Below are positions 11,041 to 19,900 of a stretch of 64,000 bases of DNA, one piece after another (positions within the stretch are counted from its first letter, which is position 1; the number at the start of each line of letters is the position of its first letter). The notes beneath the pieces are model-generated. The model searched no databases. It saw nothing but the letters and a program-made list of their open reading frames with translations, and was not told the origin of the DNA. This stretch comes from Bacillota bacterium (GTDB taxonomy: Bacteria > Bacillota > SHA-98 > UBA4971). The stretch covers positions 109 to 64,108 of the forward strand of contig DUSX01000029.1 of the NCBI GenBank assembly GCA_012842395.1, written 5' to 3'. The translations under genes and the position numbers were made by a program.

Positions 11041-11228
11041 GCGGCGTGCCGTCACGCGGCTGGCCGTGCTGTGTGTTCCGCGCCCCGGCGTATTCACCCC
11101 TCTAGCTGGTCATCCTCGCCCCGGCCGGTCGGAAGAGCATCTCCGCACTCACCTTGGCTTGACCGACGAGAAGGCACAAAGCATAAAATCTCGTTCTCGT
11201 GGCACCCTTTTGTGTGGAGGTGATGAGA

Positions 11229-11540
11229 ATGGGCAGGATAACTGGGGTGAAGTGCTCGGTGAGCGAGTGCGCTTACTGGGGCTCGGGAAACGTGTGCGAG
11301 GCTGACGCCATCGAGGTGGACAGGAATCCTGTGCTGCGAAGCGGCGCAAGGGACTTCGGCATGGAAGTCGGCCGAATCGGCGAGCGTGGGGAAGCCCGCG
11401 GCCGGGCCCGCGCGACCGATGTGGAGGTCGGGCGAATCGGTGAACGGGGCGCCGCGGCCGGCACCGACTTGACGGTTTCGGCGTCGGAACACACCATGTG
11501 CAAGACGTTCAAGCCCAAAGCCGCTGGGTACACGCGGTGA
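11229..11540 (+). CDS. DUF1540 domain protein
   Basis: VKCSVSECAYWGSGNVCEADAIEV is the Cys-rich DUF1540 signature. A second partial repeat lies at the C-terminus. GGAGGTG RBS is 6 nt upstream. Contains an internal EVGRIGERG x2 repeat. Confidence 0.65.
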   Translation: MGRITGVKCSVSECAYWGSGNVCEADAIEVDRNPVLRSGARDFGMEVGRIGERGEARGRARATDVEVGRIGERGAAAGTDLTVSASEHTMCKTFKPKAAGYTR

Positions 11541-11701
11541 TTTTCCCTCCCATTCTTGGCGGTCCTCTCGGGAACACGGCGAGCCAGCGGTAGAGCGATA
11601 CAGTGGGTGTCGACAGCCGGGCGCGGACCTTGCGCCCGGCTAGCTCATCTCGGACGCCTGCGGGCGCTCGAGCCCTCTCGGGCCCTCCGCTCCCCGTGTC
11701 G

Positions 11702-11730
11702 TTGACACGCTTTGGGTCCAGGAATATAAT
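11702..11730 (+). promoter_or_regulatory. Sigma-A-type promoter upstream of speE
   Basis: TTGACA, 17-nt spacer, TATAAT, about 50 nt upstream of the speE start. Confidence 0.55.
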
Positions 11731-11782
11731 AGCGGCGCAGGAAACCTAGGGTTCGGCCCAAGGCGAAGGAGGAGGCGGTGAA

Positions 11783-12673
11783 TTGGAGCTCTGGTTCACC
11801 GAACGGCAGACTCCGGGCCTGGCGTTGTCCATGAAGATCGCCCGGACCATCTACCACGAGACCAGCAAGTACCAGGACATTGCGGTTCTCGAGACCATTG
11901 ATAACAAAAGAGTGCTCGTGCTCGACGGATGCGTCATGACCACCGACCTGGACGAGTTTGTATACCACGAGATGATCACCCACGTGCCGCTCTGCACCCA
12001 TCCTTGTCCCCGGAAGGTCCTTGTCGTCGGAGGGGGTGACGGCGGCACGATGCGCGAGGTCCTAAAGCACGAGTCGGTGGAGAACGCTGTGCTCGCCGAG
12101 ATAGACGAGGGGGTCATCGAGGTCAGCCGGCGGTATCTTCCTCACCTCTCGAGTTCGCTTCAGGATCCCAGGTGTCGGATAATGGTAGGCGATGGGGCGG
12201 AGCACGTGAGGTCGCATCCCGGGGAGTACGACGTCATCATTTGCGACTCGACAGACCCCGTGGGCCCCGGGGCCGTGCTTTTCTCTGAGGAGTTCTATCG
12301 CGCTTCGTACGCCTCCCTCACCGGCGAAGGGGTATTCTGTGCCCAAATGGAGTCGCCCTTCTTCTACGGCGAACTCATAAGGCGCGCCGTTTGCGACCTT
12401 CGGCGGGTCTTCCCCGTCGTACGGCTTTACCTCGCCGTGGTTCCGTCCTACCCTGGGGCACTGTGGAGCTTTGTGCTCGCGTCGAAGAAGCAAGACCCGG
12501 TCCGCGACGCGCGTGTCACGAACCTGAAGACGCGTTACTACACGCCCGAGATCCACAAAGCCGCGTTCGTGTTGCCGAAGTTCGTCGAGGAGCTCATAGG
12601 GCCGCGGGAGCCGTCGAGCATGCCGGACGGGGCGGCCCTCGCGCAAGGCGGCCAAGGGTCCGCGGGTCCGTGA
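11783..12673 (+). CDS. speE: Spermidine synthase
   Basis: MELWFTE...YQDIAVLET...VLVLDG...VLVVGGGDGGTMREVLKH...VLAEIDEGVIEVSRRYLP is the canonical SpeE sequence. Confidence 0.9.
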   Translation: MELWFTERQTPGLALSMKIARTIYHETSKYQDIAVLETIDNKRVLVLDGCVMTTDLDEFVYHEMITHVPLCTHPCPRKVLVVGGGDGGTMREVLKHESVENAVLAEIDEGVIEVSRRYLPHLSSSLQDPRCRIMVGDGAEHVRSHPGEYDVIICDSTDPVGPGAVLFSEEFYRASYASLTGEGVFCAQMESPFFYGELIRRAVCDLRRVFPVVRLYLAVVPSYPGALWSFVLASKKQDPVRDARVTNLKTRYYTPEIHKAAFVLPKFVEELIGPREPSSMPDGAALAQGGQGSAGP

Positions 12674-12689
12674 GCGGCCGCAAACGGGG

Positions 12690-13298
12690 GTGGGGGGTGA
12701 CGGGGTGCCAAGGGAGCTTTCTGACATAAAGGAGCTTCTTGCCGAGAAAGACATGCGACTTACCCCGCAGCGGGAGGCGATTCTGCGGGTTCTAGTGAAA
12801 GGCGCAGACCTACACCTCTCTGCCGACGAGATATACCGCCGCACCAAAGAGGAGTGCCCGGACATCGGCCTCGCCACCGTGTACCGGGCTCTCGACATCT
12901 TCGAGAGCTTGGGCATCATCCACAAGCTGCAGTTCGGAGAGGAAGGAAGTCGTTACGAGTTCAACCCGGAGTTCGAGAAGCATTATCACCATCACCTCAT
13001 ATGCCTGAGCTGTGGCGGCATCTTCGAGTTCAACGAGGACCTTCTCGACGATATAGAGGAAGCCATCTCGGAGCGTACCGGCTTCCAGGTCGTGGACCAC
13101 AGTCTCAGGGTCTACGGGTACTGCCGCAACTGCCGCATGGCCACCACGGCCGGGGGCGCGCGTGATGGTGCCGAGGCCCGGGGCGCGGCCCAGGCGCAGG
13201 CGGGTTCCCACTCCCGATCCGGGCGCGGGGATGGGAGTTCCCCACGGGAAGGCGATGCAGGCAACGAAGGTGTAGCAAACACTCGTGGTAGGGAATAA
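12690..13298 (+). CDS. Fur-family metal-responsive transcriptional regulator
   Basis: LTPQREAILRVLVKGADLHLSADEIYRR...GLATVYRALDIFESLGIIHKL plus HHHLICLSCG...CRNC metal site. About 55-aa Gly/Ala/Arg-rich C-terminal extension. Located upstream of feoB. Confidence 0.8.
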   Translation: MGGDGVPRELSDIKELLAEKDMRLTPQREAILRVLVKGADLHLSADEIYRRTKEECPDIGLATVYRALDIFESLGIIHKLQFGEEGSRYEFNPEFEKHYHHHLICLSCGGIFEFNEDLLDDIEEAISERTGFQVVDHSLRVYGYCRNCRMATTAGGARDGAEARGAAQAQAGSHSRSGRGDGSSPREGDAGNEGVANTRGRE

Positions 13299-13516
13299 CA
13301 TATCGTTGTCGCACCTCATAGGTGGAGAGTCGAGAGATGCTCCCGCCTCTTTGGGACGGGCGGAGGGTGCAGAAATGCTCATGCCCCTTGCGGGCGGGTG
13401 GACGGTGCAGAAGTGCCGTCCTGCTCGCAGCGGCGTCCTCGCGTGCAACATTGGCAGTCTCTCATCTACTGAAGATGGGGCAAGGGCTGACGCATCCTCC
13501 CATAGGGGGAGGCTCC

Positions 13517-14158
13517 GTGCGCCGAAGGAAGCTCGCCATTATCGGGACCCCCAACGTCGGGAAGAGCGTGCTCTTTAACGTCCTAACGGGCGCATACGCC
13601 ACCGTGTCAAACTACCCCGGGACAACTGTTGAGGTTTCGCGTGGCCTTGCCAGGATTCGCGGCATCCCGTTCGAAGTCATAGATACGCCCGGCACGTACT
13701 CGCTAGTGCCCATGACCGAAGAGGAACGCGTCACGCTTTCGCTTCTGCTCTCTGAGGAAGTCGATATCGTGGTGCATGTGGTGGACGCGCGCAACCTCCG
13801 CAGGATGCTTCCGCTCACCTTGCAGCTAATCGAGGCCGATCTCAAGCTGATCCTCGACGTGAACATACTGGACGAGGCCGAGCGCATAGGGATATGGATA
13901 GACATCCCGGGCCTCGAACGTGAGCTTGGTGTGCCTGTGGTCGGGACTGTGCTCACGCGCGGTCTCGGGGTGGACGCTCTGAAGGATAGGGTGGCTGGAT
14001 GTGTCCAGGGCATCTCGAGCGTTTCCGGGGCGTTCGGCGTCGGGGGTGCCTCCGGCGTCCCGGGCGCACCGGGCACCTCTGGCGTCCACGGCGCTCCGCG
14101 CCGCGCCTGCGCTCGCCTCGGAGCGTGTCGCGGACCTGATAGCGCGCGCGGCGCGTGA
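13517..14158 (+). CDS. feoB: Ferrous iron transporter FeoB, N-terminal GTPase fragment (frame break near 14040-14100)
   Basis: VRRRKLAIIGTPNVGKSVLFNVLTG...VIDTPGTYSL are the G1-G3 motifs. GTG start with GGGGGAGG RBS. The frame ends in a Gly/Ala/Pro-rich linker. Confidence 0.7.
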   Translation: MRRRKLAIIGTPNVGKSVLFNVLTGAYATVSNYPGTTVEVSRGLARIRGIPFEVIDTPGTYSLVPMTEEERVTLSLLLSEEVDIVVHVVDARNLRRMLPLTLQLIEADLKLILDVNILDEAERIGIWIDIPGLERELGVPVVGTVLTRGLGVDALKDRVAGCVQGISSVSGAFGVGGASGVPGAPGTSGVHGAPRRACARLGACRGPDSARGA

Positions 14159-15566
14159 GATCGAGGCCGAGCTCCATGGGCGTTACTCAATGTCCCGGAA
14201 GGCCATCGCGCTGCTGCTTCTTTCCGGCGCCAAGGATGTCCACGCCCTCGTGCGCCGCAGCGAGGGCCGCGAGCGTTACGAGCGGATCCGCGCGATCGTG
14301 GAGTCCACCGCAAGCTGCTGCGACCTCCCTCTGTCATACCTCATTGGGATTGAGCGACAAGGGAGAGCGGACGTCATTGCCCGCCGCGTGACCAGGACGG
14401 CCGCGCGTCGTGGCCGGGGGCGGAGTTGCGCTGCGCGGGTTCTGGATTTCGTCACGCTTTTCCCCCCGACGGCCGTGCCGCTGCTTCTCTTGGTACTTTA
14501 CTTCGGGCTCTACCGGTTTGTCGGAACGTTCGGCGCGGGCACACTCGTGGACTTCCTTGAAAGACGGGTGTTCGGCGAGATCGTGAACCCCGCCGTGAAT
14601 GCGTTCGTGGCACGGCACATAGCTAGCGTCAGCCTAAGGGAGCTTATCGCCGGTGAGTACGGCCTCATCACGTTGGGGCTTCGCTATTCCGTGGCGATCG
14701 TGCTGCCCATCGTGGGCACGTTCTTCCTGATGTTCTCGGTCCTCGAGGATACGGGCTACCTGCCGCGGCTGGCCCTCATGGCCGATGCTGCTTTCAAGCT
14801 GGTGGGCCTGAGCGGACGCGCGGTGATCCCGATAACGTTGGGCTTCGGCTGCGGCACGATGGCCACGATGGTGACACGCACTCTCGAGACCAAGCGGGAG
14901 AGGACGATCGCCACCTTGCTCCTTGCGCTGGCGGTGCCATGTTCGGCGCAACTCGGCGTGATCCTGGGGATGCTGGCGACGAGGCCGCGGGCGCTTCTCC
15001 TGTGGGTTGGCGTAGTGGGAGGTACCTTCCTGGCCGCCGGGTACGCATCCTCGCGGTTCATTCCCGGGGAGAGGCCGGTCTTCTATATGGAGGTGCCCCC
15101 GCTCCGGGTGCCCGTCGCCTCGAACGTGCTCACCAAGACTTTCACCCGGATGAAGTGGTACTTCTTTGAGGTGATGCCGCTCTTCATGGGCGCGAGCATT
15201 GTGATCTGGCTCGGCAGGATGACAGGCTTGTTCCAGCTCGCGCTCAGGTTACTGGAAGTGCCGGTGAGGCTCATGGGCCTTCCGCCCGAAGTGGCGTCCG
15301 CGTTCCTATTTGGGTTTTTCCGCCGGGACTATGGCGCGGCGGGGCTTTACGATCTGGTGGTCGCAGGCAAGCTGACCGGCCCCGACCTCGTTGTGGCGTG
15401 CGTGGTCCTTACGTTGTTCGTCCCGTGCGTGGCCCAGTTTGCCATGATGTGGAAAGAACGGGGCTGGCGCGTGGCGCTTGCCATCGCAGGGCTAGCCGTT
15501 GGAGTCGCTTTTGCCTGGGGTTGCGTGCTCAATCTCGTCTTGACGTGGAGCGGCCTGGCGTTATGA
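14001..15566 (+). CDS. feoB: Ferrous iron transporter FeoB, C-terminal helical plus membrane domains (different frame from the N-terminal part)
   Basis: ...ALASERVADLIARAAREIEAEL (GDI/helical domain) followed by polytopic membrane domain with gate motifs. Overlaps the N-terminal ORF by about 150 nt in another frame, so feoB is split. Confidence 0.7.
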   Translation: MSRASRAFPGRSASGVPPASRAHRAPLASTALRAAPALASERVADLIARAAREIEAELHGRYSMSRKAIALLLLSGAKDVHALVRRSEGRERYERIRAIVESTASCCDLPLSYLIGIERQGRADVIARRVTRTAARRGRGRSCAARVLDFVTLFPPTAVPLLLLVLYFGLYRFVGTFGAGTLVDFLERRVFGEIVNPAVNAFVARHIASVSLRELIAGEYGLITLGLRYSVAIVLPIVGTFFLMFSVLEDTGYLPRLALMADAAFKLVGLSGRAVIPITLGFGCGTMATMVTRTLETKRERTIATLLLALAVPCSAQLGVILGMLATRPRALLLWVGVVGGTFLAAGYASSRFIPGERPVFYMEVPPLRVPVASNVLTKTFTRMKWYFFEVMPLFMGASIVIWLGRMTGLFQLALRLLEVPVRLMGLPPEVASAFLFGFFRRDYGAAGLYDLVVAGKLTGPDLVVACVVLTLFVPCVAQFAMMWKERGWRVALAIAGLAVGVAFAWGCVLNLVLTWSGLAL

Positions 15567-15928
15567 GCGCGGGAGGATGGAATGGCGCAGGCGGCGCTAC
15601 CGGCCCGACAAGCGGGGCGAGGATATTCCGCGTTCGAAGCGGCACAATAATCCGCGAGGGCCGCGGGCCCACGTGTGAGCTTGCAGCACTCATGGTAGGC
15701 GAGCGCGGGCGGGTGGTGCGCGTCAAGAGCGCAAACGCGCGGCTCCTCCAGAAACTCCTTGCCATGGCCGTCCTTCCTGGGAGCGAAGTCACGGTGAACC
15801 TGACGTTCCCAGCGTTCGTCCTCGAGGTTGGGAACACGCGGGTTGCCATCGACCGCTCCATCGCGCGACAAATCGAGGTCGAGCGGTTGACGCGCTTGGA
15901 TGGGCGGCCTCGCAACGCAGGTGGATGA
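15563..15928 (+). CDS. feoA: FeoA-family protein
   Basis: LAALMVGERGRVVRVKSANARLLQKLLAMAVLPGSEVTVNLTFPAFVLEVGNTRVAIDRSIARQIEV is the FeoA SH3-like fold pattern. ATG overlaps the feoB stop (ATGA). A shorter start at about 15692 is possible. Confidence 0.6.
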   Translation: MSAGGWNGAGGATGPTSGARIFRVRSGTIIREGRGPTCELAALMVGERGRVVRVKSANARLLQKLLAMAVLPGSEVTVNLTFPAFVLEVGNTRVAIDRSIARQIEVERLTRLDGRPRNAGG

Positions 15929-16410
15929 CGAAAGGCTTGTTCCTCACAGGGCTTCGATCCCTCCTGGCCTCTGTCCTTGCGTCGGGGGCGGCTTTTTTGT
16001 TCAACAGGGCGGCATCGCGAGGCGGGCGGCCGGGTCCGCTTCTGGCGTTCGTCCTCGGCCCGGGCGTGGAGGAGACCGCGAAGACGGGCTTCGCGCTGGC
16101 GATGGCGGCGCCCGTCCTAGCGGTGCACCTCGGTTTCGGCGCGGTTGAGGCGGTGTATGACGCTTCAGCATGGCTCTGGCACGGGCCCGACCCCGAGCCC
16201 GGGCCGGAGGGCGAGCCTGCCTCGTTATCGGCGCGCGGGCTTGCGGCGGGGGCCATGAGCCTCTTGAGCCACGCCGCCTTCGGCGCTGTGACCCAGGCGG
16301 TGCTCACCGTCACGCTCGAGCCGTTGTTCGCGGTGGCCGCGGCCGTGCTCGCGCATGCCGCCTGGAACCTAGCGATAGTGGCGCTGGTTGGTGCGGGCGG
16401 GCGCCTGTAA
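15925..16410 (+). CDS. Small polytopic membrane protein, possibly PrsW/CPBP-like
   Basis: Four or five TM helices with GVEETAK (EExxK-like) and HAAWN (HxxxN-like) motifs. Start overlaps the feoA stop (ATGA). Weak assignment. Confidence 0.4.
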   Translation: MTKGLFLTGLRSLLASVLASGAAFLFNRAASRGGRPGPLLAFVLGPGVEETAKTGFALAMAAPVLAVHLGFGAVEAVYDASAWLWHGPDPEPGPEGEPASLSARGLAAGAMSLLSHAAFGAVTQAVLTVTLEPLFAVAAAVLAHAAWNLAIVALVGAGGRL

Positions 16411-16555
16411 GCGCGGCGCGAACCCAGCGACGGCTCCATGGGCTTCAACTGGGCCGAGAGGCGACATCACATTTGGGCCGAGGCGGTGCCCTGGGACCCG
16501 GCGGAGGCGGAATTGACTTAGTTTCGTCTGGGATAATATAATGAAGCGCGGGCAA

Positions 16556-16618
16556 GAACAGAAAACACCGGCGTCGGCAGGGCTTTAGACGGGGTGTTGG
16601 GCTTCTAAAGCCCTTTTC
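16556..16618 (+). ncRNA. Candidate small RNA or leader: promoter (TTGACT 16513-16518, TATAAT 16537-16542) plus intrinsic terminator (GGGCTTTAGA...TCTAAAGCCC TTTT, 16580-16617)
   Basis: A near-consensus -35/-10 pair is followed about 15 nt later by a roughly 60-nt unit ending in a perfect 10-bp stem and a T-tract. It lies in the 510-bp feo/mfd intergenic region. Confidence 0.25.
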
Positions 16619-16922
16619 GGCATGGGCATTTACAGCCCTGTCTTTCTTCTCTCGCACTCGGGCGCGCCCAAGGCTGCGCCCTGGGGCGCGGGGGAGCGGG
16701 GAGCGGGGGGAGGCGGAGACGCGTGCGGGCCTTCCCCGGCCGCTTGGCGCCTGCGTGCCCTCGCTCTTGACCGACGCGCTCGCGGCCGGCGCGGCGCACG
16801 CCGACGCGCCTTGACCCGCGGGATACCCGTACGTGCGGCTGAGGCGCGGACGAGCCCGACGCGGACGAGCCTGATGTGAGTGGCGGTCCCACTGTGAATG
16901 ACGGTCCCAGGAGGAGTGCTTC

Positions 16923-19900
16923 TTGAACAGCTTTCTCTCAGTGCTCCGGGAGTCTCCCGAGTTCGCCAACATCGCCTCTGGTCTCGAGAGAAAGACCCCT
17001 TCCCAGGTGGTTTTGGGGCTTGGCGGGTCGATGAAGAGCTATGTCCTTGCTGCCCTGTACCGGGCCGTGCCCGGGCGTCCGTTCATCGTGGTGACGTACA
17101 GCCCGCAGCAGGCCGGGAGGCTTGGGGAAGACCTCGCCACGCTGCTTTCGCCGGCGGAAGTGATGAGCTTTCCAGCACTCGAGCTGTGGCCTCACGAGGA
17201 GGCCAGAGAGAGCGCCGACGTGCTGTCCCAAAGGCTTGCCGTCAAGGCGTGCCTTTCCAGGGGCAGGCGGGCTCTGGTGGTAGTACCCGCGAGGGCCTTC
17301 GCGAGAAGGCTCGTGCCGGCAGAGGTGTTCTCGGAGTTCTCACTGACCCTCAAAACCGGCGAAAGGCACGACAGGGATTCCCTCATTACCCGTTTCGCTG
17401 GAATGGGTTACGAGAGGGCGGAACTCGTGGAAAGGCGCGGGCAGTTTTCCGCGAGGGGCGACATCCTCGATGTCTTTCCCCCAGACTCCGCGTCGCCCCT
17501 ACGAATTGAGTTCTTCGACGACGAGATCGACTCCATTAGGGAGTTCGACCCGGCGAGCCAGCGGTCGAGCCGCGAGGTGGACCACGCGAGCCTCGCGCCG
17601 GCGCGCGAGTTTTTGGTCTCGCAAAACGCCCGCGAGGCAGGCCTGGCCCGCATCGAGGCTCAAGCCGCCGCCCAGTGTAAACGACTCGAGGGGCTCGGGC
17701 GCGTGACCGAGGCGAGGTCGCTTCGCGACCGGACCGATTCCGCCCTCGAAAAGCTCCGTGAAGGTCTCACGTTCGACGGCGAGGACCAGTACGCTCCGGC
17801 GTTCTACGGACGGCTCGGCACGATTCTCGACTACGCCGCTGACCCGGTGGTCGTCGTGGATGAACCCGCGCGCCTACGGGAGGCGTTCGTTGGCTTCGAG
17901 GCTGAGGTGCGCGAGGCGTACGCGACCCTCCTGGAGGCCGGAAGGGTGCTTCCGATGGAGGTCTCGCTCTTTGCCTCCGCCGAGGAGGCCATGGCGTGCC
18001 TTGGTCGCTACCAGCGCCTGGAATTCGTGCTCCTGGCCCGGGGCACGGATATCAGCAACACAGACCGCGTCAGGTTGTTTTCCGGGAAGCCTGCGAGTCC
18101 CTACCACGGCAAGTTCGACTTGCTCGTGAAGGACCTCAAGGCCTGGCGCAGGAAAAAGCACCGGGTGGTCGTGGTCGTCAGCACTGAAGACCGCGCTCGG
18201 CGGTTCCGTGAGGTCATGGTGGAGAACGGCATCGAGGCCACCTGCGTGCCGTCCATCACCGATGAGGTCAAGCCGGGGAACGTCATCGTGAGTGCGGGTT
18301 CCCTCGAGAGCGGCTTCGAACTTCCCTCACTGCGACTTGTGGTGCTCACCGATGCCGAGCTCTACGGGGCGGAGAGGCGCAAGCGCAGGCTCCCGCAGGC
18401 TCAAAGCGCGGGATCGCGGCTCGCTGCGTTCACGGACCTTAGGCCGGGCGACTACGTGGTGCACGTGGCGCACGGCATAGGGAGGTACATGGGCATCAAG
18501 ACGCTTGAAGCCGCTGGTGCGAAGCGTGATTACCTGCTGATCCAGTACGCCGGGGAGGATAGGCTGTACGTACCCACAGACCAGATCGGTCTTCTGCAAA
18601 AGTACATCGGTCCCGAGGACTCCCCGCCCAAGCTCTACAAGCTGGGCGGGACCGAATGGAGCAGGGTGAAGGCAAAGGTTAAAGAGTCCGTCCGCGATAT
18701 GGCCCGGGGGCTTCTCGAGCTCTATGCAGCGCGCGAGGCTATACGCGGGCATGCGTTCAGCCCTGACACGCCGTGGCAGAAAGAGTTCGAGGACGCGTTC
18801 CCTTACGAGGAGACCCCGGACCAACTTAACGCGATCGCCGAGGTGAAGGCGGACATGGAGAAGCCGAGACCTATGGATCGGCTTCTCTGTGGAGACGTCG
18901 GGTACGGCAAGACCGAGGTCGCGATCCGAGCGGCCTTCAAGGCCGTCATGGACTCGAAACAGGTAGCAGTCCTCGTGCCCACGACGATCCTGGCTCAGCA
19001 GCACTTCACCACCTTCAAGGACAGGTTCGCGGGCTACCCGGTTCGGATCGCCGCGCTATCGCGATTCCAATCAGAGGCGGAGCAGCGCGATATCCTGAAG
19101 GAGCTGCGCAGGGGCGGGATAGACATAGTCATCGGCACCCACCGGTTGCTTCAGCCGGACGTGAAGTTCCACGACCTCGGCCTCGTGGTGGTCGACGAGG
19201 AGCAAAGGTTCGGGGTCGCACACAAGGAGTTTTTGAAGGAACTAAGAAAGAGCGTGGACGTTCTTACATTAACGGCGACTCCAATCCCGAGGACGCTTCA
19301 CATGGCTCTTACTGGCGTCCGAGATATGAGTGTGATCGAAACGCCTCCCGAGGATAGGTTCCCCGTGCGCACCTACGTGATGGAGCACGACGATACGGTG
19401 ATCCGCGAGGCGATCGTGCGCGAGCTCGCCAGAGGCGGCCAGGTGTATTACGTGCACAACCGCGTACAGACCATCGATTCCGCGGCGATGTTCCTCGCCC
19501 GGCTCGTTCCGGAGGCCAGGATCGGGGTAGCTCACGGCCAAATGCCGGAGGACAGGCTGGAAGAGGTCATGCTCAAATTCATGGATCGCGAGTACGACGT
19601 GCTGGTTGCTACGACCATCATCGAGAACGGGCTCGATATACCTAATGTCAACACGCTCGTGGTGACAGACGCGGACATGCTCGGCCTGGCCCAGCTGTAC
19701 CAGCTGCGGGGGCGGGTGGGGCGAAGCAACCGTGTGGCATACGCATACTTCATGTACCGTAGGGACGGCGTTCTGTCCGAGGTTGCGGAGAAAAGGCTCT
19801 CGGCGATTCGCGAGTTCACGGACTTCGGGTCGGGCTTCAAGATCGCCATGCGTGACCTCGAGATCAGGGGTGCCGGCAACCTCCTCGGCGCCGAGCAGCA

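Noticed and set aside
12062-12925. 287-aa minus-strand ORF across speE and the Fur-family gene
   Set aside because: It is antisense to two well-supported genes and spans their intergenic junction.
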